DNA of 64,000 nt, from positions 31,425 through 95,424 of the forward strand of contig JAITRZ010000049.1 of the NCBI GenBank assembly GCA_031288185.1, written 5' to 3'. The notes below the pieces were generated by a model, which searched no databases, was not told where the DNA came from, and saw nothing but the letters and a program-made list of their open reading frames with translations. This document shows positions 28,601-37,808 of the stretch, one piece after another. Source of the stretch: Coriobacteriales bacterium (GTDB taxonomy: Bacteria > Actinomycetota > Coriobacteriia > Coriobacteriales > UBA8131). Both the position numbers and the translations under genes were made by a program. How positions within the stretch are numbered: the stretch's first letter is position 1; each line of letters begins with the position of its first letter.

Positions 28601-30447
28601 TTGGCCTCTGCGCCCAAGTGTATGATAGATGAAGTTATCAAATGTTCGCGAATAGCGTCGATGGGAGGATTGGTAACCTGGGCAAATCGTTGTTTGAAAT
28701 AGCTAAAAAGCAGCTGCGGGCGGTTAGAAAGCACCGCCAGTGGCGCGTCGTAGCCCATCGAAAAGATAGGATCCTGCCTATTTTCGGCCGCCTGCCGCAA
28801 GATAAGGTTCATTATCTCCCAGCTATAGCCACAGGCTGTTTGCAGACGCGACAGTTCCGCAGATTCCAGTTCACGAGAGGTTGATGTATATTCAGCAGGT
28901 AAAAAGTCCTGGTAAAAGCGCAGAGCGTCTTCTTGTGGAGCGCTGAGGGCGGGCCGCTGATCCCGTGCATCAGAGCGGCTGAGTTCGCGCCAGTCCACTC
29001 CCCCTCCTGCTTCTTCTATCCCCTCTTTGCGCGCTTTTTCTCGCACCAGGTCTTTTAGATGCAGGCGATGCTGCTTTAACCAACGTTGATAGGGCCGGGT
29101 CTTGGCGGCGTTCAGTTTTAATTCTTCATCCTCAATTATTCGGCCTTCCTGGGTATCAATCAAAAGCATCCGCCCCGGCCGCAGGCGATCCTTGCGCAGG
29201 ATCTGGTCGGGAGCTATCGGCAGGACCCCCACCTCGCTGGCCAAAATCAGCCGCTTATCCCGGGTTAGATAATAGCGCGAAGGTCGCAATCCATTGCGAT
29301 CCAGGGTTGCGCCAGCAAAACGACCGTCGCTGAAGGCTACGGAAGCCGGTCCATCCCACGGCTCTACCAGGCAACTGTTGTATTCATACATCGCCCGTAC
29401 GCGCCTGTCCATCTGGCGATTTTCCTCCCAGGGTTCAGGAATTGCCAGCATCACCGCTTCAGGCAGGCTGTAGCCGGAGTGCAGAAGCAGGTTGAGGAAG
29501 TCATCCAGCATTGCCGAGTCGCTGCCATCCGCACTGATGACCGGAAAGACCTTAGCCAGATCCTCACCAAATGCGGTCGAGCGCATGTGGGCTTGGCGGG
29601 CCTTCACCCAGTTGACGTTACCCTGAATGGTGTTTATCTCGCCGTTATGAACAAGGTGATGCATGGGATGGGCGCGCTCCCAGCTGGGAAAAGTGTTTGT
29701 AGAAAAGCGCGAATGTACCAGCGCGATGGCACTGGCAAGCTGCTTATCTTGCAGATCAAGATAAAAACCCGCCAGTTGGTTGGGCAGCAGCATGCCCTTG
29801 TAGACGATGGTCTGGGCAGAACAACTGGAAAGATAGAAGTAGGGGTCTGCACCATGCTCAACCATACGGATGTGTCGGCGGGCCTGTTGGGCCACGATGT
29901 AGAGCTGGCGCTCGAACGCCGCAACATCCTCGTCTTCGGCATCAGTTTGAGGGGGTTTGCCAATGAACACCTGACGAATGGAAGGCCGTACCGCCGCCGC
30001 TGTTGGGCCAATGCAACCGCTGCTAACCGGCACTTCGCGAATGCCCAGAAGCTCCAGCTTCTCGGCGCGGATAATGTTCGCAAAACTGTTAAGGCTTTTT
30101 TGCAGGCGATCATCATCGGGGGAGGCAAATAACATTGCCACACCATAGGATGAGGGTTCAGGGGGCAGCTTGATACCCTCCAGATCAGCCACTCGACGCA
30201 TAAAAGCATCGGGCATCTGAAGCAGTATACCGGCTCCGTCACCGGTATCTGGTTCATAGCCCACGCCACCACGATGGGTCAGGGCCTCCAAAATTGAGAT
30301 GGCATCTAAAACCAGTTGATGGGAGCGCCTTCCCGCAATATCGACAATCATGCCGATGCCGCAGCTGTCATGTTCAAAACAGGGCTCATAGAGACTGCCC
30401 CGCAGCTGGCCGGCTGCCTGCTTTGGGTCGATAGGCATCTTTCTCAT
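25669..30447 (-). CDS. gltB: glutamate synthase large subunit
   Basis: 1592 aa. N-terminal amidotransferase Cys (FEHDSCGIGMI), FMN/3Fe-4S central domain, C-terminal GXGXG beta-helix repeats. Confidence 0.95.
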   Translation of the reverse strand: MRKMPIDPKQAAGQLRGSLYEPCFEHDSCGIGMIVDIAGRRSHQLVLDAISILEALTHRGGVGYEPDTGDGAGILLQMPDAFMRRVADLEGIKLPPEPSSYGVAMLFASPDDDRLQKSLNSFANIIRAEKLELLGIREVPVSSGCIGPTAAAVRPSIRQVFIGKPPQTDAEDEDVAAFERQLYIVAQQARRHIRMVEHGADPYFYLSSCSAQTIVYKGMLLPNQLAGFYLDLQDKQLASAIALVHSRFSTNTFPSWERAHPMHHLVHNGEINTIQGNVNWVKARQAHMRSTAFGEDLAKVFPVISADGSDSAMLDDFLNLLLHSGYSLPEAVMLAIPEPWEENRQMDRRVRAMYEYNSCLVEPWDGPASVAFSDGRFAGATLDRNGLRPSRYYLTRDKRLILASEVGVLPIAPDQILRKDRLRPGRMLLIDTQEGRIIEDEELKLNAAKTRPYQRWLKQHRLHLKDLVREKARKEGIEEAGGGVDWRELSRSDARDQRPALSAPQEDALRFYQDFLPAEYTSTSRELESAELSRLQTACGYSWEIMNLILRQAAENRQDPIFSMGYDAPLAVLSNRPQLLFSYFKQRFAQVTNPPIDAIREHLITSSIIHLGAEANILQPSAKNCRIISHNSPVLDSQEMATLRGLTQEGLTAISLPILFDPNRAGGLEESLDHLLNAAEAALDAAYTIIILSDRGIDAAHAPVPSLLAVSALHHHLVRIGRRTSASIVIESAETHEVHHFALLVGYGADAVHPYLACASVARLAAQGLVEKSPRQARQNYLQAMAAGVIKVMSKMGISTVRSYHGAQIFEALGLDEGLIERHFCGTVSRIGGADIEDIEAEYVSRHREAFAGRLAAGRPLASGGELRWRNGGEFHLINPQTVFYLQQAVRQNSYELFKKFSAHINDRSQQFNNLRALLDITTAEKPIPLKTVEPATSIVKRFKTGAMSYGSISQEAHECMAIAMNRLGGRSNSGEGGEISERYLPTTDGLDRCSQIKQVASGRFGVTIDYLTHCTEIQIKMAQGAKPGEGGHLPGPKVYPWVAQARFSTPGVELISPPPHHDIYSIEDLAQLIFDLKNANRAASVNVKLVSEAGVGTIAVGVAKGLADKIVISGYDGGTGAAAMTSIRHAGLPWELGLAESHQSLVANRLRDRVVLETDGKLFNGRDVVIAALLGAEEFTFATAPLLALGCDMMRVCNLDTCPVGIATQNPQLRAKFCGRPEHIENLMLFIAQEVREWMARIGTRCFDDLVGHVELLQQIQLTQGTKASKVNLSRMLKMHRLEPESSRWHFSRPQDHKLDKEYDLRVLLPLCEKAISGREQVEATLEVRNRNRSVATLLSSEITRAHGAAGLPENSINLHLQGCGGQSFGAFLAPGVCLDLQGDCNDYLAKGMSGGRIIVRPPQGCGFAAEDNIIIGNVAFYGATGGEAYISGLGGERFCVRNSGAIAVIEGVGDHACEYMTGGRVLVLGSTGRNFAAGMSGGIAYIWDADGNFAAHVSCEADVLLTPLTDADRAFVLEQLQRHHRFTQSQRAALLLADVDHFLAQVIRLVPADYQRVLEAIEEASRQGLTPDESRLFAYDAVVGGQRRGA

Positions 30448-30738
30448 GTTGTGCTGCTCATGCTGTTAATCCTTGGTACTATGTATTAAAACGATTGGTC
30501 AGTTGACCTACATCCGACGATGCGTGGGCGGCTGAACCCGTGCCTGTCCGCAGTCTGTCCGTGCCTGTCACTACGTTGTGCGTGGGGGAGATTTTAACCG
30601 AAATGATGCCGACATACGTTCACAGCATGCCAACGCGCTGCCCAAACAGACTATTATCCCGGTCGAGGGAAAGGGAGATGCCGCTTCGATGTTGGAGAAA
30701 ATCTACAGCCTGAAACGACAGACCACTGAGTAACCAGG

Positions 30739-32865
30739 TCAGATGCCGCTTCGACGTCGGCGAGAGGCACTGACGCCGTATCGGCTTCCCCGGCGAGCAC
30801 TTTGCTTAAGCCGTTCTAAAATAGCCCCCTCTTCATCTCCCTCAACGGCGGCTCGCAGGGACACCGCCTGATCGCGCAGGCGCGCCGCCTCCTCAAAGTC
30901 CATATGTGCCGCCGCCGTCGCCATATCGTCTTCCAGAGAAGTGATGATGCGTAGCGCCTCCTTCTTGCCCATCTTTGCAAGGTCATTGGCCAGAGCCGTA
31001 ACCTCATCAGGGGTTGCCTCGGCTCCTTCCTCGATATACGTGATGATATCGTTAATGGCCTTGCGCACGGTCTGAGGCTCAATGCCCATCGCGGTGTTAT
31101 AGGCTATCTGGATGTCACGACGCCGCTGGGTCTCCGAGATGGCTATGCGCATGGAATCGGTTAATCGGTCGGCATACATCAGTACCTGACCGGACACATT
31201 GCGCGCTGCCCGCCCAATGGTCTGAATCAACGAGCGCCGGTTGCGCAGAAAACCCTCCTTGTCAGCATCCAGTATCGCCACCAGCGACACTTCCGGCAGA
31301 TCTAACCCTTCGCGCAACAGATTTATGCCTACCAAAACATCAAATTTTCCGCGACGCAGGTCGCGCAGTATCTCTATCCGTTCTAAGGTAGCGATGTCAG
31401 AATGCATATAGCGGGCGTTGATGCCGCGATCAAGCAGGTGATCGGTTAGCGTCTCAGCCATTTTTTTGGTAAGCGTTGTAATCAATACGCGCTCTGAGCG
31501 CCGGATGCGTTCTTTGGCCTCGTCAATGATGTCGTCAATCTGACCCTTGATGGGCCGCACTATCACCTCAGGATCCAACAGGCCGGTGGGGCGGATGATC
31601 TGTTCTACCAGCTTTTCACTTACACGTTCTTCGTAGTCGCCGGGTGTCGCGCTCACATAGACAAACTGTCCCACTTTTCGCTCAAACTCATTAAAGTTGA
31701 GAGGACGGTTATCCAGGGCGCTCGGCAGCCTGAAGCCATGCTCTACCAGGGTGACCTTGCGCGAACGGTCACCTTCATACATGCCCCGTATCTGCGGCAC
31801 CGTCACGTGGCTTTCATCAATGATGCAGAAAAAGTCCTGGGGGAAATAATCAATCAGACAAAAGGGCGGTTCCCCAGCTGCTCGCCCATCCAGGTGACGG
31901 GAGTAATTCTCAATTCCGGAGCAAAAACCCATGGTTTCAAGCATCTCCAGGTCATAGTTTGTTCGCATCTGCAAGCGCTGAGCCTCCAGCAGCCTGCCTT
32001 CCTTCTTCAGGATTGCCAGACGCTCCTCCAGTTCAGCCGTGATGGTTGTAAGCGCGTGTTCCAGTTTTGGGCGAGCCGTCACATAGTGAGAAGCTGGCCA
32101 GATGGGAATGGAGTTAAAGCTGTTTAACACTTCCCCACTGGCCGCGTCAACTTCCAGGATGCGCTCTATTTCATCGCCAAAGAAGTCTATACGCAACGGA
32201 TGGTCGGCATAAGGTGCAAAGACATCCACCGCATCCCCACGAACCCGGAAGCTGCCGCGCAGCAACTGGTAATCATTGCGGTCATATTGAATGTCTATGA
32301 GTTCATGCAACAGCGCGTCGCGGTTTTTGGGCTCATGCGTATCTAAAAACACCGCCATACCCGCATAGTCAGCCGGCGAACCAATACCATAGATACACGA
32401 GACGCTGGCCACCACAATTACATCACGGCGTGACAGCAACGCTGCGGTTGCGGCGTGACGCAGTTTTTCCACCTCTTCATTGATAGAGGCATCCTTTTCA
32501 ATAAACGTGTCAGTTGTGGGTACGTAGGCTTCCGGTTGATAGTAATCGTAGTAAGAGACAAAGTAGGAAACAGCGTTGTGCGGAAAAAACTCCTTCAGCT
32601 CAGCGGCCAGCTGGGCAGCAAGCGTTTTGTTGGGGGCCATCACCAATGTTGGTCGCTGCACCTTTTCAATGGTCTTAGCCATCGTAAAGGTTTTGCCAGA
32701 GCCGGTCACGCCAAGCAGGGTTTGGTAACGCAAGCCGGTCTTGAGCCCGGCCGCCAGAGCATCTACCGCCGCCTGTTGGTCGCCCGCAGTATCAAAAGGG
32801 GCTACAACCTCAAAACGCCCCTGCGCCAACCTACTTTCAGGGAGCTTGCCCATGACCCTACTCAT
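30739..32865 (-). CDS. uvrB: excinuclease ABC subunit B
   Basis: [10 protein letters not shown] Walker A, DESH box (IIDESHV), C-terminal UVR motif ([10 protein letters not shown]). Confidence 0.95.
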   Translation of the reverse strand: MSRVMGKLPESRLAQGRFEVVAPFDTAGDQQAAVDALAAGLKTGLRYQTLLGVTGSGKTFTMAKTIEKVQRPTLVMAPNKTLAAQLAAELKEFFPHNAVSYFVSYYDYYQPEAYVPTTDTFIEKDASINEEVEKLRHAATAALLSRRDVIVVASVSCIYGIGSPADYAGMAVFLDTHEPKNRDALLHELIDIQYDRNDYQLLRGSFRVRGDAVDVFAPYADHPLRIDFFGDEIERILEVDAASGEVLNSFNSIPIWPASHYVTARPKLEHALTTITAELEERLAILKKEGRLLEAQRLQMRTNYDLEMLETMGFCSGIENYSRHLDGRAAGEPPFCLIDYFPQDFFCIIDESHVTVPQIRGMYEGDRSRKVTLVEHGFRLPSALDNRPLNFNEFERKVGQFVYVSATPGDYEERVSEKLVEQIIRPTGLLDPEVIVRPIKGQIDDIIDEAKERIRRSERVLITTLTKKMAETLTDHLLDRGINARYMHSDIATLERIEILRDLRRGKFDVLVGINLLREGLDLPEVSLVAILDADKEGFLRNRRSLIQTIGRAARNVSGQVLMYADRLTDSMRIAISETQRRRDIQIAYNTAMGIEPQTVRKAINDIITYIEEGAEATPDEVTALANDLAKMGKKEALRIITSLEDDMATAAAHMDFEEAARLRDQAVSLRAAVEGDEEGAILERLKQSARRGSRYGVSASRRRRSGI

Positions 32866-32925
32866 GAAAGTGGCCTCAATAGGGCGCAGGCTTTGCCGTC
32901 AGGTTCCATGACGTGAAATGGCCCA

Positions 32926-33540
32926 TCAAAACAGTCGACCATGAAAAAAGGAATCATACCAGGTATCCAATTGCTGATACAGGGCCTGCTTGCTGCCATT
33001 ATTGGTGATTACTAGATTGGCCAGGGCCGCTCGCTGCGCGTCGCTGGCCTGCAGAGCCAGGCGGTTTTTGATGTCAACAAGATTCATGCCGCGATCTAGG
33101 GCGCGTTGGATACGCACCGGCTCATCAGCACGTATCACAAGTATGTAATCGGCCAGATCGCAGAAGTCAGGAGCCTCGGCCAGCATCGCTATTTCAACCA
33201 GCACAAACGAGCCGCCCCCTTCCTGTGTGACCGAAGGAGCAATCAGGATGTCTGCCAGCACCTCCTTAACGCGTGGCCAGATTGTCATGTTCAGGCCCTG
33301 GCTGGCTTCAGGACTCACGAAGGCTAACTCGGCCAGGCGTCCGCGCAAGATGTCACCCTTGGCGTTACGTATGGTGGAACCATAGAGTTGAACCAGGCGC
33401 TCTATCACCAGCTCATCTTCCAGGAGATCCTTTGCGATGCCATCAGCGTCAAGGTAGCTTGCGCCCTTGGTTTGTTGTAGGTAGCGGCAGGCGGTTTGTT
33501 TGCCCGCAGCCAGACCGCCGGTTACAAAAACGACGTTCAT
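32926..33540 (-). CDS. coaE: dephospho-CoA kinase
   Basis: P-loop VTGGLAAGKQT. Size and position next to uvrB are typical. Confidence 0.85.
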   Translation of the reverse strand: MNVVFVTGGLAAGKQTACRYLQQTKGASYLDADGIAKDLLEDELVIERLVQLYGSTIRNAKGDILRGRLAELAFVSPEASQGLNMTIWPRVKEVLADILIAPSVTQEGGGSFVLVEIAMLAEAPDFCDLADYILVIRADEPVRIQRALDRGMNLVDIKNRLALQASDAQRAALANLVITNNGSKQALYQQLDTWYDSFFHGRLF

Positions 33541-33694
33541 CTATCCTTTCACCTGTCCAAAGGCTCTGTGCGCTGGAAAGCGCGTTAACAATCACAAGTG
33601 CGGTAACCGCCAAAACAGAAAGCGGCCACCCACGCTATTATACCCCAGCCCTTTGGCAGGTTTGATGGTCTGCCGGTCGCCTCACCAACAGCGG

Positions 33695-33730
33695 AGCTTT
33701 CAGGAGAGATTTCAGGTGAGCTTTTAGGTG
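33695..33730 (-). repeat. three tandem 12-bp units immediately downstream of the 33734-34114 gene
   Basis: agctttcaggag / agatttcaggtg / agcttttaggtg. Neighbouring units are 10 of 12 identical. The array ends 3 nt from the stop codon. Confidence 0.75.
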
Positions 33731-33733
33731 TCT

Positions 33734-34114
33734 CTACCTTTTCTTGTCAGTTGAATGATCTGCCCCTCTGCCCATCAGCGATCCCAACAGGGAGGCCATC
33801 GACTTCAAGATTCCGCCTTTGACCAGACTTCCGTGAATTTGCGTGCTGTTAGAATTAGCAATTTTAGGTGAAGTCTGACGGGTCAATTGCTCCTCAAGAT
33901 GGTCGGAGGTTTTCAGGTTTTCGACACGCACCGGCGTCTCACGCTCATGGTAGTGGCGTTCTGAGCGATTGCGGTAGCGAACATGGGTTATCGAGAAAAA
34001 GAGCGGCCCTGCCAAAAAGAGGGCGCAACCCACGGCAAAGGCAGCATTTGACTCGTCGGAAACCAAGGATAGTACTGCTGTCCAAATCGGCGCAAAAAGG
34101 GCAACGATGCCCAT
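33734..34114 (-). CDS. small two-TM membrane protein, third gene of the SPFH/zinc-ribbon operon
   Basis: 126 aa. Two N-terminal hydrophobic helices and a charged tail. AAGGAAGG RBS. 27-nt gap after the upstream gene. Confidence 0.5.
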   Translation of the reverse strand: MGIVALFAPIWTAVLSLVSDESNAAFAVGCALFLAGPLFFSITHVRYRNRSERHYHERETPVRVENLKTSDHLEEQLTRQTSPKIANSNSTQIHGSLVKGGILKSMASLLGSLMGRGADHSTDKKR

Positions 34115-34141
34115 ACCTTTATTCCTTCCTTTAGTTTTGCT

Positions 34142-35488
34142 TCATGAGACAAAGAACATGATCGCCAGGCCTATGGGAGCAGCTATCAGCTCAAGGAGCA
34201 CGGATGCCATAAACAGGCGTTTGATGTCTACCGGTACTGAACCCATGGTTTCGCCTGTTCGGGCGTTGACCGCCACGTAGTGCAAGATCTTACGCCCGTT
34301 CTTTTTGACCTGCTGATAGGAATACAACCAAACGGGCAGGTAGGCTGAACGCCACTGTGCTCCACGCGAAACGGTCTTCTCGCTTTGCCAGCGAATGCCC
34401 GCATCGTAGTTAGCAGCGGTCTGGTTGGCCTGAAAGCGTGCGATATCATGTATCTGCGCATCGGCCAGATGCCTCAGTTGGTCAAGGTTTGTATCGCGGC
34501 GCTCAGACGCAAAGCCCTTTAGGTAGTTACCTGTATAGGCGACGGCGTTTTCCACATCAAAAGGCATGATAGCGTTTATGATGTTGTTTGTGTTACCCGT
34601 GGGATCCATGTTGCGCTTCTCGGAGGAAGCCTCGATGGTCAGGCCATGCACAAACAGGTCAAAATCTCTTTCAATTCTATAGATGGCAATATCGTAATAT
34701 GTCCTGCGATTGTTCTTATTGCCCGCGCGATACGTACGCATCACTCGTCCACCCCGGCCCTTAAGGTTGCTGTGAGCGTTTGCGTCAACAACCAGATAGG
34801 GAAGATAGACTCCCAGGATATTTTCCGTAGAAAACTCACGCTTAAACGTCCTGTTGGTAAAGAACGTACGCTTTTTGACAAAGTCTTCTATGTGCTGGCG
34901 CGCCTGTTCCCTGCTCAATTTAAAGGGTAAAACAATGTCGGGTACCGCGCCATTGGGAATCTGGTTTTCTGCGGACAGTGTCTGTCGACACCAGTGGCAA
35001 CGGGCCAACGTGGTCTCGTCCACGTCCACAACAACTTTAGCGCCGCAACCCTGACATTTGAGGGTTATCTGTGTAGGTGCTGACAGGTCAATATCACCCG
35101 CTCCGCTGCCCCTGACTTCGTTACGAAGGGCCTCTGCTGGATAAAAACCATCGGGCGGGAGCGGCTCAAACACAAAGCGACAATAGTTACATTGCAGCAG
35201 CCCGGCTTCCGGTTGAAGGGAAATCTCTGTTGAGCCGCAACGTGGGCACTTATTCAATCCATCGGCCTTATTGCCAATTGTGTTGATAATTATCGTCTCC
35301 ACCAGCGGAGTTGATACGTCAAAACCAGACGCAGGGGTGAAAAGTTCATGCCCAGGGATTTCCGGTGCGGTAGCCAAGTGCGGTTGAAGGGTGTCGTTTA
35401 TGCGCTTTGTGCACGGGTCTGTATCAGAGTCCGAGAATCTGAGCTTTGACGGTATCAAAGTCCTCCTGTGTGATGACTCCGGTATCAA
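34142..35488 (-). CDS. double zinc-ribbon protein with C-terminal TM anchor (YdjG/TFIIB-type zinc-ribbon family-like)
   Basis: CPRCGS...CNYC and CQGCGA...CHWC ribbons, C-terminal helix LLELIAAPIGLAIMFFV. Overlaps the upstream SPFH gene by 65 nt (start may be later). Confidence 0.6.
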   Translation of the reverse strand: MIPESSHRRTLIPSKLRFSDSDTDPCTKRINDTLQPHLATAPEIPGHELFTPASGFDVSTPLVETIIINTIGNKADGLNKCPRCGSTEISLQPEAGLLQCNYCRFVFEPLPPDGFYPAEALRNEVRGSGAGDIDLSAPTQITLKCQGCGAKVVVDVDETTLARCHWCRQTLSAENQIPNGAVPDIVLPFKLSREQARQHIEDFVKKRTFFTNRTFKREFSTENILGVYLPYLVVDANAHSNLKGRGGRVMRTYRAGNKNNRRTYYDIAIYRIERDFDLFVHGLTIEASSEKRNMDPTGNTNNIINAIMPFDVENAVAYTGNYLKGFASERRDTNLDQLRHLADAQIHDIARFQANQTAANYDAGIRWQSEKTVSRGAQWRSAYLPVWLYSYQQVKKNGRKILHYVAVNARTGETMGSVPVDIKRLFMASVLLELIAAPIGLAIMFFVS

Positions 35489-36755
35489 GCAGGCCCTTCA
35501 GCCGGGTAAGTTTTTCATAGGGATCCTCAGGCGCGGGAGACTGAGTAGGTGGCACCTGGGCGGACGTGGCAGGGGCGGGCAAAGAAGCCCCAAGAGTGGT
35601 CTGGGCGGGCGAAGCTGCGGCTTCCGCCGCCGCCGAGGTGTTTGGTGCTGGGGCCGACGCCGCTGCCTGCGTCTGAGTTTCGGCAGTCATGGGGCCCGTT
35701 GCTGGGGCGACTGACTGTTGCAGTATGCCAGCCGCTGCATTGGTCGCTCCCAGGGCCATGCCCATCATACCAATGCCGATGGGGCCACCACCGCTGGGAT
35801 TGGATCCGGCAGCCTCCATGCCACGGGCCACCGACTGTTGCGCGAAGGAATTGCCGCGCTGGCCTGAGAGCGCGTCAGCATGCTGGACATCAACCAGCAA
35901 CGCGCGAGTGGCCTCATCATATTCGATGGCCTGGATAGCCACCGTGACAATCTGTAGGCCGCGCCTTTCACGCCAGTAATAGCTGCTCTCAACAGTCTCA
36001 GAAAGCGATTGAGCAAAGCCGATACTGTCACTCTGGATACGGCTGATACGCCGCTCCCTGGCAGGATCATTTGTGTAGTTTGAAAGGGCGGCGGCAAGCG
36101 ACTGTATCACCTCATTAAAAAGCTGTTCAGCCGCATCATTCTCAAAATCAGCAAAATCGAAGACAGCTGCGTTCTGCGACAAGTATTTGATGGGAACAAA
36201 ACCCTTGATAAACAGGATAGGATCAGTGATTTTAAGCGTATAGGTTCCCCGAGCGATAGCTCCAGCTTGCGCCCCCAGATAGGCATCATCCCAATAGATC
36301 TCGCTTTGGGTGCCAAAGCGGTTGTTGGGAATTTCTTTGAGGTTGATAAAAAAGAGGAGTTGCTGATCGCTTGGTTCACCGCCAAACTTGAAGCGTTCCC
36401 ACGAGTTTTTGATTATACTCTCGATCAGTCCGCCACCTGAAAGAAAAGAGGCGGAATACACTGAATCAGTGGAATAGATATAACCGCCTGGTTCAGCAAT
36501 AAAGCCGGTCACCGCACCATTCTCAAGGGTGACAAGAGCAAAGCCTTCCGGTATCAAAATTTTAGAACCATTGGTGATAATGTTTTCGCTGTTTTTGGTA
36601 TTGGTTCCACGACCAGCATTGATTGACTGCCGCATCGCGGGAAAGAGGCCTGCGGTTGCCGAGATACCAATCGGAACGGTATAGAAGTCCATCCACTGAT
36701 CAGCAAAGTCACCATGTAGTGCCCCTTTGAACGCTTCTACAAAACCCATGTCCAC
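35424..36755 (-). CDS. SPFH/band-7 'virion core protein-like' (COG4260/YdjI-type) protein with C-terminal SHOCT motif
   Basis: FFINLKEIPNNRFGTQSEIYWDD plus the flanking beta-rich region fit the YdjI-type SPFH family. A/P/S/T-rich linker. C-terminal DPYEKLTRLKGLLDTGVITQEDFDTVKAQILGL is a SHOCT-like motif. ATG at 36749 is an alternative to GTG at 36755. Confidence 0.7.
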   Translation of the reverse strand: MDMGFVEAFKGALHGDFADQWMDFYTVPIGISATAGLFPAMRQSINAGRGTNTKNSENIITNGSKILIPEGFALVTLENGAVTGFIAEPGGYIYSTDSVYSASFLSGGGLIESIIKNSWERFKFGGEPSDQQLLFFINLKEIPNNRFGTQSEIYWDDAYLGAQAGAIARGTYTLKITDPILFIKGFVPIKYLSQNAAVFDFADFENDAAEQLFNEVIQSLAAALSNYTNDPARERRISRIQSDSIGFAQSLSETVESSYYWRERRGLQIVTVAIQAIEYDEATRALLVDVQHADALSGQRGNSFAQQSVARGMEAAGSNPSGGGPIGIGMMGMALGATNAAAGILQQSVAPATGPMTAETQTQAAASAPAPNTSAAAEAAASPAQTTLGASLPAPATSAQVPPTQSPAPEDPYEKLTRLKGLLDTGVITQEDFDTVKAQILGL

Positions 36756-37004
36756 TTCTCTTCTTTCGAGGTTGCCCTAAGCAACCTTTGGTCAGAACCA
36801 TGAGCCGATGCGCACCCCAGGCTCACAGACCTGCTAAATGTAGCAGTTGAGAGCCTGGATGAACAGTCCCGTTTGCGTTCTGGTACCTTCCTGTGGCGGT
36901 TAAACGGCATACCAGACCGCAGGTACCCAGAGCGCGTACGCTACACAATCATTCTATCCCTTGCTTTGAGGTATCCCGGAGCAATGTGTCAAAATGAATA
37001 TATA

Positions 37005-37625
37005 ATAAACTACCCCGTGGCAGAGACCACGGGGTATCTAAAAGACAAAGGACATTCAACCTACAACAGTGACAGTTGCTGCACGTGCAGTTGGCGATAC
37101 TCGTTTTCCCTGCCTTGGTTTTTCGCGTATTCGCCGACTGTTTTCTCATTTCCGTGCATCCCGACCGTGTTCACATAGTACCCGCCTGACCAAAACTGCC
37201 CTCCCCACAGCATTTTTTTCACCTGTAGGCATTTCGCGAACACCTCTTTTGCTGTTATGCTTTGTATCGTCCTGATTATTTGTCTCGGTGACAGCTTCGG
37301 GATCGCCTGTACCAGAAAATGCACATGGTCACGATCTGTCCCTATCTCCAAAAACCTCATGTCATAACGCAGCTCTATCTCCTGGCATACCTCTTTTATC
37401 ACCAGGTTCACCTGTTCGTCTACCACAACCCGCCGATACTTCGCCGGACACACGAAGTGATATACCAAAACCGACACGTTGTGCGAAAGCCTTATCGGCG
37501 CACTCATATTCTGGGGGCTCCTTTCCTGCGCCCAGAATTCTACCCCATAGCAACTATGGCACCGCCTTCGGCGGCGTTTCCGCCCCAGAGGGGCGGGGTA
37601 TTAAACCCTCGAGGTGAAAAAATCT
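37005..37625 (-). mobile_element. IS200-group (IS200/IS605 family) insertion sequence; ends approximate
   Basis: Single tnpA gene flanked by subterminal hairpins: ccccgtgg-cagaga-ccacgggg (37013-37034), ccgcc-ttc-ggcgg (37562-37574) and ccgcccc-aga-ggggcgg (37580-37596). Confidence 0.7.
37061..37507 (-). CDS. tnpA: IS200/IS605-family Y1 (HUH) transposase TnpA
   Basis: 148 aa. VYHFVCPAKYRR, HUH motif DHVHFLV, catalytic Tyr context WSGGYYVNTVG. Confidence 0.9.
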   Translation of the reverse strand: MSAPIRLSHNVSVLVYHFVCPAKYRRVVVDEQVNLVIKEVCQEIELRYDMRFLEIGTDRDHVHFLVQAIPKLSPRQIIRTIQSITAKEVFAKCLQVKKMLWGGQFWSGGYYVNTVGMHGNEKTVGEYAKNQGRENEYRQLHVQQLSLL

Positions 37626-37808
37626 GGTCAAAACGCAATCCGCCTGGCCTCTCTCGCTTCGCTCGCTTGGCCCTTCGGCCTAGCGGCGCGCCACTGGCGC
37701 CCCGCCTTAACGGCCGAAGCCCTTTCGGGTTCAAGCCCCTCCCCTATCTTTTCTTGAAGGTGAAGTGTGAGTTTGCAGAAAAGTCAACTCGCGTCAGCAG
37801 CTTTTTTC

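Noticed and set aside
29479-30272. 217-aa (+) and 212-aa (-) ORFs inside gltB
   Set aside because: Both overlap the well-supported gltB frame (amidotransferase domain) in alternative frames and carry no motifs, so they are treated as shadow ORFs.
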